IMG/VR virus record: IMGVR_UViG_3300025426_000014 | Source: a virus | Direction: 5' to 3' (one strand) | Length of the DNA stretch: 64,000 nt | Part shown: one piece after another, positions 1 to 7,862 of the stretch | Layout: the number at the start of each line of letters is the position of its first letter | Numbering within the stretch: the stretch's first letter is position 1 | Notes under the pieces: model-generated | Database searches by the model: none | What the model was told of the DNA's origin: nothing | Seen by the model: the letters and a program-made list of their open reading frames with translations, nothing else | Made by a program: the position numbers and the translations under genes

Positions 1-483
1 TGGTGCGCCAAACCCGCCTGTTGATGAACCGAATCCGCCATTACTTGCTCCCCCGAAACCACCGCCTGCTGGTGCGCCAAACCCGCCTGAACTTCCTCCG
101 AAACCACCGCCACCCATTCCGCCTTGACCACTACCGAAACCGCCAGCAACATTTCCTGACATATTTTGATTATTGGTTATAGTTTGACTTGAAGAAGTTG
201 GATTAGCTGCTGTACCTGCTAGTTTTTCTTGTGTACGGCCAAATGCACTAATACCCAATACTGCACCCATAGCAATGTGGAATAATCCTGCACCTTGAAG
301 TGTTAGGGGATTCCATTGTGTAATAGGCACGTGATTAATACCTTGCCATAACGCCCACAATACTGGAAATACTATCATGTCGGCCATACAGATTAACATA
401 TACATCCAACCCATTGCTGGACGCCATAGTTTTTGCATCCATTCTGCACCGCCACCGCTGTCTTTTTCTTGTTCGTCTGCCAT
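1..483 (-). CDS. 3-TM holin (GTA-holin-like) with Gly/Phe-rich C-terminal tail; runs off window start
   Basis: Not in ORF track. ATG at 483 with GGAG SD. Translates MADEQEKDSGGGAEWMQKLWRPAMGWMYMLICMADMIVFPVLW...QWNPLTLQGAGLFHIAMGAVLGISAFGRTQEKLAG, the WRP..GW and LG...GRT.EK pattern of 3TM holins, followed by GGFG repeats. Last gene of the endolysin-spanin cassette. Confidence 0.8.
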   Translation of the reverse strand, partial: MADEQEKDSGGGAEWMQKLWRPAMGWMYMLICMADMIVFPVLWALWQGINHVPITQWNPLTLQGAGLFHIAMGAVLGISAFGRTQEKLAGTAANPTSSSQTITNNQNMSGNVAGGFGSGQGGMGGGGFGGSSGGFGAPAGGGFGGASNGGFGSSTGGFGAP

Positions 484-516
484 TTAGTTCGCTCCTTTTG
501 GCTGTTATATACGTAT

Positions 517-786
517 TTATTTCACGTTGTTAAATATCTTCTGTTGGGTATTATACCAATCGATCCAATTATCTACACGATCTTTGCAAGTATAATATTC
601 TCCATAATTAACTACTACAGTATCTATTACTTCGCTGAGTTTTCCAGTTGCCGGATCTACAGGTTTCAAATCAGGGCAAGCAGTAGTTAAATCTGCTGGA
701 ACCGATGGAAACGACATTTTTACAGGAGCATTACTAGCACATCCTACTAGAGTAGTAGCAAGTATTAAAGAGATTAATTTTTTCAT
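517..786 (-). CDS. o-spanin (Rz1-like lipoprotein)
   Basis: Signal peptide with lipobox LVGC, Pro-rich segment and further Cys; overlaps upstream i-spanin by 4 nt. Confidence 0.8.
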   Translation of the reverse strand: MKKLISLILATTLVGCASNAPVKMSFPSVPADLTTACPDLKPVDPATGKLSEVIDTVVVNYGEYYTCKDRVDNWIDWYNTQQKIFNNVK

Positions 787-1241
787 TTAGTCGCCTTTAA
801 CGGATTACGTGCTGCATCGTTGATAATTTTAGGAACTTCAGAATCTAATTTACAATCGGCATCGATTTGTTTTTCTACTTCTTTAATTCTGTCCCTGTAT
901 ACCACAGTTACATCATGTACAACTTTTGCCTTAGCTTTACTTTTTTCAGCTAGTAAATCGTTAGCACCTTTGCTAGCCTGTTCCGCTAGTTCAACTTTGT
1001 GTTTCATTTCTTCTACTTGTGCTTGATAGATAGCTGTAACTCCAGCTCCACCAAACATAAAAATTCCACCAACACATATTACAGCACCTAATGGTTTGAT
1101 AAACATTGCATAGGGTTTAAATGCTGGAAAAGTTCCTAATACGGCAGATAATGAATATACAACAAACCCGCCACCAGCAATTGCTGGCCATATCCAACTA
1201 GGCAATCCACCTAGTATTAGTTCTATTATCCAACTAAACAT
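783..1241 (-). CDS. i-spanin (Rz-like)
   Basis: N-terminal TM helices, coiled-coil periplasmic part with C-terminal Cys; sits between endolysin and lipoprotein. Confidence 0.75.
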   Translation of the reverse strand: MFSWIIELILGGLPSWIWPAIAGGGFVVYSLSAVLGTFPAFKPYAMFIKPLGAVICVGGIFMFGGAGVTAIYQAQVEEMKHKVELAEQASKGANDLLAEKSKAKAKVVHDVTVVYRDRIKEVEKQIDADCKLDSEVPKIINDAARNPLKATK

Positions 1242-1870
1242 TACGCACCTAACACTTGCATGAAGTTTTGATAGTGTTGTTGACGTTCTGCAAGCCCTAG
1301 TGTGCCACCATTAATCTTTTTAGTCATAGTTAGGATATCACCGCTATCTGCGTATTGATTTAGATTATTAGTTTCCCAGAACCAGCAAGCTGATTGAATA
1401 GCACCTTCAAATGTTCCAAGAAATTCTGGAATTTCTTCTACTGGTGTATCAATGCTTTGTGCAAATGCACTATAGTTTGCCTTACCAGTCAATTGAATAA
1501 GTCCACGACCACAGTAACGGAAGCCATCGCCTGATTCTTCTGGACCGTTGCCCATGCGGTTAGCGTATGCTCTGTTAGCGATAGCTTCTTGGTTATGTGC
1601 ATATTGGTTGGCAACATCCATATTAGGGAAGTAATGTGGCCATACTTTACACAATGTTTCTGCACGATAGTTTAAATTTTCTTTAAGAGCTTTATACCCA
1701 CCAGACTCGTGTGCTGTTTGTGCTAAAAACGCACCAACACGTTGTGGAGTGCTGATGTCGTAGTCAGGGAGGATCTTACACAATGCTTCGTGCCAATGTT
1801 CGATATATGGGTTACCTGGTAGACAAGACGCTAGCTTATCTGGTGTAAAATTAAATGTAAAATCTGCCAT
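1241..1870 (-). CDS. Endolysin, glycoside hydrolase family 19
   Basis: FLAQTAHESGG, ENLNY, YCGRGLIQLTGKANY, SACWFW, TKKINGG motifs. Confidence 0.93.
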   Translation of the reverse strand: MADFTFNFTPDKLASCLPGNPYIEHWHEALCKILPDYDISTPQRVGAFLAQTAHESGGYKALKENLNYRAETLCKVWPHYFPNMDVANQYAHNQEAIANRAYANRMGNGPEESGDGFRYCGRGLIQLTGKANYSAFAQSIDTPVEEIPEFLGTFEGAIQSACWFWETNNLNQYADSGDILTMTKKINGGTLGLAERQQHYQNFMQVLGA

Positions 1871-2604
1871 TATTGTATCCTCTCTAGTGCAACGGCCCAG
1901 CCGTTATTTTCAAATATAAATGTACTACCTATTTTGGTAATATTGTAATTGCCAATAACTTTAGTTAAAAACATGACTTCGGCCATGTCCTTGCCTTCTA
2001 ATACAATTGGTCCACGTATACTATCATAAACATCAGTTTTATTACCGCTATTTACAATATTAAATGTTACAGTTCCACTATAAGGTCTTTTAAAACTAAT
2101 GCTTTCGTCCACAACATTTAATGTGTCTGCATAGCTGTTACTGAAAAAATTACTGAAATTGTCTAAATTATTTTTCTGAGTTGCAATGTTATATGCTTCT
2201 TTATCTTTAGGTATTGCAGCCATTAAGTTTTCTAAAGTAGCATCTTCGCTTTTAAAACTTTTAAAGTATCTAAAACGCATGTCTTCTAAACCGGTGATTT
2301 TTTTAACACCTTCTATTAGTTCAAAAACTTGCTCAGCTGAATTTCTGCTACGTTCTAATTCAACATACACACGATATGAACCATCATCTAATTCTCCAGG
2401 AGTGCAATCTGCGTCTAGCACAAAATTGTAACCCATTTCAAAAAAGTTTTCTAAGTCTTTAGCTGGATCTTCTTGATCTACACTAAAACTTAAAACAACA
2501 ATATCTTCGTCTTGACCTACTTTGCTTTTAAAACTGTCAATCTCAAATACTTTTTTAACTAGGTATCTAAGATCCTTAGCTCTTAAACTTTCAACTAAGC
2601 TCAT
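1870..2604 (-). CDS. Hypothetical phage protein
   Basis: 244-aa ORF translationally coupled to neighbours; no motif recognised. Confidence 0.7.
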   Translation of the reverse strand: MSLVESLRAKDLRYLVKKVFEIDSFKSKVGQDEDIVVLSFSVDQEDPAKDLENFFEMGYNFVLDADCTPGELDDGSYRVYVELERSRNSAEQVFELIEGVKKITGLEDMRFRYFKSFKSEDATLENLMAAIPKDKEAYNIATQKNNLDNFSNFFSNSYADTLNVVDESISFKRPYSGTVTFNIVNSGNKTDVYDSIRGPIVLEGKDMAEVMFLTKVIGNYNITKIGSTFIFENNGWAVALERIQ

Positions 2605-3164
2605 ACAGCTCCTCCTGCTGGTGCTCCGCTAGGTGCAGCCGGTGCAGCAGGTGCAGCAGGCGCAGCAGGCGCTTGCGGTGCAGCCGCAGCAGATGCTCCA
2701 GTAGATTCTGTAGGTTTAGAATCTTTATAATCGTTTTTCATTTTGTCCATGTAGCCTTTATAGATATCAAATGCTACTTTTTTAGGCATTTGTATTTCTA
2801 CAATCCAAACAGGTTTGCGATCGAGTTTACCTTTTTTGCTGTTAGGACGAATGTCTTCGGGTGTAAGAATTTCACGCGGTTCTAGCAAGTGACTTTTTTG
2901 ATACTTAACTTTACAACCTAATTCTGTTAATCTTTTTGCTGCTACAGGATTTGGCATCTTGTCACGGTCCCACATGAATCCTGCGGTGATCCAATGACGG
3001 TCTACTTTAGGTCCGTATGCTAATTCACCATCTTCCCAGTGTTCGTAGGCATACATGTCTGTTTCTTCAAAAACACGTTCAAAGTCTTTTAAAACAGCTA
3101 AACTGCTGTTGTTTTCATATAAATCTTGTATGTTACGTATAACATCTAAAATATCGTGGTACAT
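2601..3164 (-). CDS. Hypothetical phage protein with Ala/Pro-rich C-terminal tail
   Basis: 187-aa ORF; (AAP)n tail; TAAATA upstream on - strand (~3189-3194). Confidence 0.7.
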   Translation of the reverse strand: MYHDILDVIRNIQDLYENNSSLAVLKDFERVFEETDMYAYEHWEDGELAYGPKVDRHWITAGFMWDRDKMPNPVAAKRLTELGCKVKYQKSHLLEPREILTPEDIRPNSKKGKLDRKPVWIVEIQMPKKVAFDIYKGYMDKMKNDYKDSKPTESTGASAAAAPQAPAAPAAPAAPAAPSGAPAGGAV

Positions 3165-3241
3165 TTAATGTCCTAGTCTGCTTATACTTATTTAGCTGGT
3201 TCAAAATCATAACGTATTAGTTTATTATTCTGTAGATCCGT

Positions 3242-3323
3242 TAAATAATAGTGTAGGACCTCTGTAGTTATCAAGGGCGGTCACTACAAGTTCTACTTTA
3301 ACAGTAAAGTAGGAGCAACTTTA
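3242..3323 (+). promoter_or_regulatory. TAAATA late-type promoter and structured phoH leader
   Basis: TAAATA at 3242-3247; stem gtaggac(3253-59)/gttctac(3290-96) competes with ctacttta(3293-3300)/taaagtag(3305-12), which overlaps the AGGAG SD. Confidence 0.55.
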
Positions 3324-4043
3324 ATGAGTAAACAACGAGTGAAAAAGCGTTTTACATCAGAAGTTAACATAATCGATTTTGAGCCATATCTTCCTCAAAA
3401 GAAAAATCGTGTAATAATCAATGCACGAAATTCTAATCAGAAACTTTATCTCAGCAAACTGTATGCAGAATCCACTAGCATAGTACTTGCCATTGGCCCT
3501 GCTGGCACGGGTAAAACCATGTTGGCTGTACAGTACGGGATAAAGATGTTTCAGGAAGGTCTAGTTGACAAAATCGTTGTGACAAGACCCGCCGTGTCCG
3601 TAGATGAGGATTTAGGATTTTTACCAGGTGACTTAAATGAAAAAATGGCGCCATGGACAAGACCTATATTTGATGTCTTGGGCGAATATTACCAAAAGAA
3701 AGACATAGCTAAAATGCTGGAGGAAGGTGTTATTGAAATAAGTCCACTTGCCTATATGAGAGGCAGAACATTTAAAAACGCATATATAGTTGCAGATGAA
3801 ATGCAAAATGCTACAGTTAATCAAATGAAAATGCTACTGACCCGTTTAGGAGAAGGGTCTAAGATGGTAGTGACAGGAGATTTGGCACAAGCAGACCGAT
3901 TGAGCGATAACGGTTTGATTGATTTTTGCAAACTACTTGAACAAAAGGAATATTTAGAGCACATTGATATTATTCAATTTGATGCTCGCGACATCGAACG
4001 CCATAATGCCGTGAAGGAGGTGTTAGCGGTTTATGGAGAATAA
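3324..4043 (+). CDS. phoH: PhoH-family ATPase
   Basis: GPAGTGKT Walker A, TRPAV, LGFLPGDL.EKM.PW, YMRGRT, DEMQN, LTRLGEGSK.VVTGD..Q.D. Confidence 0.96.
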   Translation: MSKQRVKKRFTSEVNIIDFEPYLPQKKNRVIINARNSNQKLYLSKLYAESTSIVLAIGPAGTGKTMLAVQYGIKMFQEGLVDKIVVTRPAVSVDEDLGFLPGDLNEKMAPWTRPIFDVLGEYYQKKDIAKMLEEGVIEISPLAYMRGRTFKNAYIVADEMQNATVNQMKMLLTRLGEGSKMVVTGDLAQADRLSDNGLIDFCKLLEQKEYLEHIDIIQFDARDIERHNAVKEVLAVYGE

Positions 4044-4070
4044 AGTAGAAATACTTTAGATAGTCGTTGG

Positions 4071-4098
4071 AAAAAGGACTCTTTATGAGTCCTTTTTT
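4071..4098. terminator. Bidirectional intrinsic terminator
   Basis: aaaaaggactc-tttat-gagtccttttt hairpin between convergent phoH and dCMP deaminase. Confidence 0.8.
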
Positions 4099-4511
4099 AT
4101 TTGTGTAACAGTTACACTGCATTTTGTAAGAAACTGAATGCCATCTTCACTACGATACGAATCTCTGTAAAATACTTGAGATATGCCTGCTCCGTAAATG
4201 CTTTTAGCACATTCTAAACAAGGAGCATGGGTAATAAACATAGTAGATCCTAGTCCGCCTTCGTTGCCCTTTGCTAACTTGTCTAGGGCATTCCGCTCTG
4301 CATGTAAGACCTCTGGTTTTGTTTTTAACATATCATCTTCTAGCACATCTTCGCAATTATTATCCCAACCTGCAGGCATTCCATTATAACCAATACTGAT
4401 AATACGATCATCTTTAACAACAATAGCGCCAACATGTAGTCTACGTGCGTGACTCAGCTCTGCAAATGTTTCTGCAGTTTTCATGTAAGCGGTTATTAAT
4501 CGCTGTTTCAT
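4083..4511 (-). CDS. dCMP deaminase
   Basis: VGA, GYNG, HAERNAL, THAPCLECAK zinc-deaminase motifs. Confidence 0.93.
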   Translation of the reverse strand: MKQRLITAYMKTAETFAELSHARRLHVGAIVVKDDRIISIGYNGMPAGWDNNCEDVLEDDMLKTKPEVLHAERNALDKLAKGNEGGLGSTMFITHAPCLECAKSIYGAGISQVFYRDSYRSEDGIQFLTKCSVTVTQIKKDS

Positions 4512-5422
4512 AGATGGCTAAGTCGAATTAATGTTGCTGCAAGATTAATCTCAGGATCAATAACTAGTGCATGATCTACTAGACCTTGCTTGATAATTAG
4601 GATAGCTTTGTCCTGGGTTGCATTGTCACCGAAGATTTCGATATTATCATATAGCCAACGATAAATTTCTTCCATTTCTTCTGGACGAGCCTGGCTACAA
4701 ACTAATTTACGTGCTTCGGAAATTTTGCCAGCCTTAAACAATTCAACCATTCGAATTTTATAATCTGCTTCGCCTGTATCTCCAGAATTGGGACTCGATA
4801 ATTTACCATCATTACTGTTCATTTGCACCATATTGATACATTTACGTAAGTCCGGATATGTCGATCTCACATACGTATCTAATGTATCGATTTCAAATTC
4901 AACATTTTCTGTTAGTAAGATAGTAGCAACACGAGCGGTAAACTCTGTAATATCGACACGCTCAATATGAAAGCCTTGACATCTACTGTGTAATGCAGGA
5001 ATAATACGATTGGGATAGTTACAAGTGAGTATAAAACGAGCAGTAGTATGATATGTTTCCATGACTCCACGCAGAATAGCTTGTGCATTGGGTGTAAGAT
5101 AATCTGCCTCATCTAGCAATACAACTTTAAAATCACCAAATGGTATCATTTGTACAAAGTTTGTAATCTTATCTCGGATAGTTTCTGCGCTGTTTTCACG
5201 TGACGCATTAATTTCCATAACATCTAAGTCATTAATTTCTAATTCATTAAACAAGACTTTTGCTAGTGTTGTCTTACCGATACCAGCATTTCCGCTTAAT
5301 AGCAAATGTGGGATACTTTTATCCTTAATCCACTTTAGAATTTGAGACTTTTGATGACCATCTCTAAAAACATATTCGTCAACAGTGGAAGGACGGTATT
5401 TTTCTACCCACAATTCTTTCAT
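4508..5422 (-). CDS. Clamp loader small subunit (RFC/T4 gp44-like AAA+)
   Basis: LWVEKYRP, GNAGIGKT, EINAS, LDEAD, TCNY, SRC motifs. Confidence 0.94.
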   Translation of the reverse strand: MKELWVEKYRPSTVDEYVFRDGHQKSQILKWIKDKSIPHLLLSGNAGIGKTTLAKVLFNELEINDLDVMEINASRENSAETIRDKITNFVQMIPFGDFKVVLLDEADYLTPNAQAILRGVMETYHTTARFILTCNYPNRIIPALHSRCQGFHIERVDITEFTARVATILLTENVEFEIDTLDTYVRSTYPDLRKCINMVQMNSNDGKLSSPNSGDTGEADYKIRMVELFKAGKISEARKLVCSQARPEEMEEIYRWLYDNIEIFGDNATQDKAILIIKQGLVDHALVIDPEINLAATLIRLSHL

Positions 5423-5661
5423 ACTAATTCCTCAATAATGCCTAAAATTTCTGCCACTACTAACAACCCGCCCGCAGCTTGCAAATACGGATTCATTTCT
5501 AACCAGCCGCCACCGGCAAGTGCCAACCCTGCAGCAATCCTAACTCCACTTTTAATCATACTTACACTGGTATGCGTTAAAAACTTTTTACTAGTGGGTG
5601 CAGCTTCTAGTACGCTTTTTGCCTTCTTAATGTCTGCTACAGCTTCTTCATGTGTGCTCAT
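5419..5661 (-). CDS. Small membrane protein
   Basis: Two hydrophobic helices; AGGAG SD; own sigma70 promoter. Confidence 0.7.
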   Translation of the reverse strand: MSTHEEAVADIKKAKSVLEAAPTSKKFLTHTSVSMIKSGVRIAAGLALAGGGWLEMNPYLQAAGGLLVVAEILGIIEELV

Positions 5662-5679
5662 AAGATTCTCCTTTTGTAC

Positions 5680-5718
5680 AGTATACAGGTGAAAACAGGT
5701 TCTGTCAAGGAACCTGTT
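5680..5718 (-). promoter_or_regulatory. sigma70 promoter whose -35 lies in the loop of a terminator hairpin
   Basis: TTGACA (5708-5703)-17-TATACT (5685-5680); 9-bp inverted repeat aacaggttc/gaacctgtt (5694-5702/5710-5718) followed by T-run on - strand. Confidence 0.75.
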
Positions 5719-5738
5719 ACTCGAAAGATTAAAATATA

Positions 5739-6134
5739 TTAAAATGACGGTTGCATAAATGTGCTCGGGTCTACAGTAGCGTGTGTTACTGTACTATGAG
5801 CTCCGTAGATAATTTGATTGGGTTTTTCTTCGCTGACCATAAGAATGGCCTTTGTATCAGCACGACGAATAGTAATTTCAGTACCATCTTCTTCAACTAC
5901 AGTAACACCTCGAGTCCAGCGACCATGTTCTAGTAGTATCCATTCTCCAACTTTGACATCTTTTTGCTGCGGCCCAACGGCCCAAACACGACCCCAACGA
6001 CTTTTAACACCTTCGCTTTTGCCGTCGTCACTAAGAAGGACAATTCCGCTTGATGTTTTCTGCTCACCAAAATCCATATCTGTGATTAAAACATTATCAC
6101 GAATTGGTATAAGTTTGCCTGTTACCTTACTCAT
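5739..6134 (-). CDS. groES: Co-chaperonin GroES (Cpn10)
   Basis: LIPIRDNVLI, KTSSGIVL mobile loop, G.V.AVGP, VKVGE.IL; ~30-aa C-terminal extension. Confidence 0.88.
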   Translation of the reverse strand: MSKVTGKLIPIRDNVLITDMDFGEQKTSSGIVLLSDDGKSEGVKSRWGRVWAVGPQQKDVKVGEWILLEHGRWTRGVTVVEEDGTEITIRRADTKAILMVSEEKPNQIIYGAHSTVTHATVDPSTFMQPSF

Positions 6135-6481
6135 TCTTCTAGCCCTTCAGGATCTTGATCATTGATATCTTTCTTTGATTTAGCTGCCGGTACAACTGTT
6201 TCTGGAATAATCACAGGTGCTGGTTGAGCTACACTTGGAGCAGGTTTTGTTGCATGCGGTCTGCTGGTATTAATTTGTCCAGGGATACCTGACGATTCGT
6301 TGACAATTTCTTCTCTACGTTTAACAATTACACCACCTGGACCTAGTTTGTCACCGCGAGCATTTACCTTAGCATTGCCTACAGCTTGTACCAGTTCGTT
6401 CTTTTGTATCAGTTTCCCCATGTCGATTTCTCGACCTCTCGATGTTCTATATACAGTTCGTTGTTGTTCTTTGGCTGGCAT
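6131..6481 (-). CDS. Hypothetical protein
   Basis: 116-aa ORF with AGGAG SD, coupled to groES. Confidence 0.7.
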   Translation of the reverse strand: MPAKEQQRTVYRTSRGREIDMGKLIQKNELVQAVGNAKVNARGDKLGPGGVIVKRREEIVNESSGIPGQINTSRPHATKPAPSVAQPAPVIIPETVVPAAKSKKDINDQDPEGLEE

Positions 6482-6507
6482 TTCGATCTCCTTAATTATA
6501 CATGTAC

Positions 6508-7017
6508 TTATCTCAAGAATTCTTGCCAGTCTAAATTATATTTGACAGAATCAATTTGATGTACACCTAACAAATACAGTACAAAACTGGCTACGCTTGA
6601 TCCACGACCTACACCCCATACAATACCATTTTCGTTACAAGTATCTACAAAATGTTTAGTCCATTGAAGTAGCGGAATCATACCACGTTCTTCATATGCT
6701 TGGATTTCGGCTATAACACGTTTTTCCTGTTCTTCAGTGGTACACCGATCTAAACACCAACTAGCTACATCGAAATCTTTATATTCCTCGGGCATAAACC
6801 AGTCTGTTTGTAATGCACTATCGAAATCTTCAATTGAAATTGATTCTAACTGTTCGTTGAATCTTTGAAATGTAAATCCGGCTGTTTGTTCTAACTGTCT
6901 AATATCTTCTGTATAATCTACAGTGAGATCCTTGAGGTTAGTAAGTTTTCCTTGATACAGGAATTTAAATATATCTTGAGAATTAAAAATAGGATTACCG
7001 AATTTGTCTTGACGCAT
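6508..7017 (-). CDS. DNA polymerase III alpha (DnaE)-like stand-alone fragment
   Basis: WGVGRGSSVASFVLYLLGVHQIDSVKYNLDWQEFLR matches the DnaE GRGS..S.V.Y.LGIT.DP...L.FERFL block. Confidence 0.85.
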   Translation of the reverse strand: MRQDKFGNPIFNSQDIFKFLYQGKLTNLKDLTVDYTEDIRQLEQTAGFTFQRFNEQLESISIEDFDSALQTDWFMPEEYKDFDVASWCLDRCTTEEQEKRVIAEIQAYEERGMIPLLQWTKHFVDTCNENGIVWGVGRGSSVASFVLYLLGVHQIDSVKYNLDWQEFLR

Positions 7018-7026
7018 GCAGACAGT

Positions 7027-7251
7027 TTAGCTGACTTTTACTAATTTGTCAAGGTCTTTATTTGCCATTATTTTTGCTAAATTGGCATTGCGTCTTTTTT
7101 TGAGTTCTTCATTGTACGAATCTAACAACATACTCATTTGTTGTCGTACTTCGGGATTCACGGTCATAAAATATTTTTTGGTAAGATCAAAAATCTTGGT
7201 TTCTAATTCTTGATCTTTTATTTCTGACAAATTACCGGCCAACGGATGCAT
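7027..7251 (-). CDS. Hypothetical protein
   Basis: Likely start is the ATG at 7251 (TAATG overlap with upstream stop) rather than 7305. Confidence 0.65.
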   Translation of the reverse strand: MHPLAGNLSEIKDQELETKIFDLTKKYFMTVNPEVRQQMSMLLDSYNEELKKRRNANLAKIMANKDLDKLVKVS

Positions 7252-7862
7252 TAGTATTCGCCTACACTCTTTAAAAATACAGTACTTCCACCATCTACTG
7301 ACCATGCTTCAATAACTTCGTATTTTCCATTATTGGATAGTGTTACGGTTGGCACACTTGAATTTCCGCCAGTTGCAGGACCGCTTGTCCAACCTGTTGC
7401 TAATTTAAAATGGAAATTACTTACACCTACTCCGCCCGCTAGTGTAGCTGTATATGAACCAGTTTGATCACTGATTAACATTATTCTAATTACAGCGTAT
7501 GTACCAGGTGCTACACCCGACCAGTCAATGGTCAGAGTGGCATTTGAGGTAAGTGTAAATTGTTGTACCGGACCGTTGTTTAAAAATACAGTTATACCAC
7601 TAGAAGTAACTGACGGTACACTATAAAATACTCCGTTAAACTGTTTGTATAATCCGTTATACAGTGTATTACCTTGTAAATTATTTCCATTAGTATTTGT
7701 AACATCAATACCGTTAGTTTGCAGAGCTGTAATTTCTGTAGCAGCTTGTGCAAGTCCTGCTGAAATAGCTGCAAAATTATCTCTGAATCCTTGACTATTG
7801 TTATCTTGGCCCGGCACTGGGTAAGACTCATTTATAGCTGAATAGTTTATTTGACTGGTCAT
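7251..7862 (-). CDS. Virion structural protein (baseplate/fibre associated)
   Basis: YPVPGQDNNSQGFRDNF..I N-terminal motif, beta-rich C-terminus; located in tail cluster. Confidence 0.6.
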   Translation of the reverse strand: MTSQINYSAINESYPVPGQDNNSQGFRDNFAAISAGLAQAATEITALQTNGIDVTNTNGNNLQGNTLYNGLYKQFNGVFYSVPSVTSSGITVFLNNGPVQQFTLTSNATLTIDWSGVAPGTYAVIRIMLISDQTGSYTATLAGGVGVSNFHFKLATGWTSGPATGGNSSVPTVTLSNNGKYEVIEAWSVDGGSTVFLKSVGEY

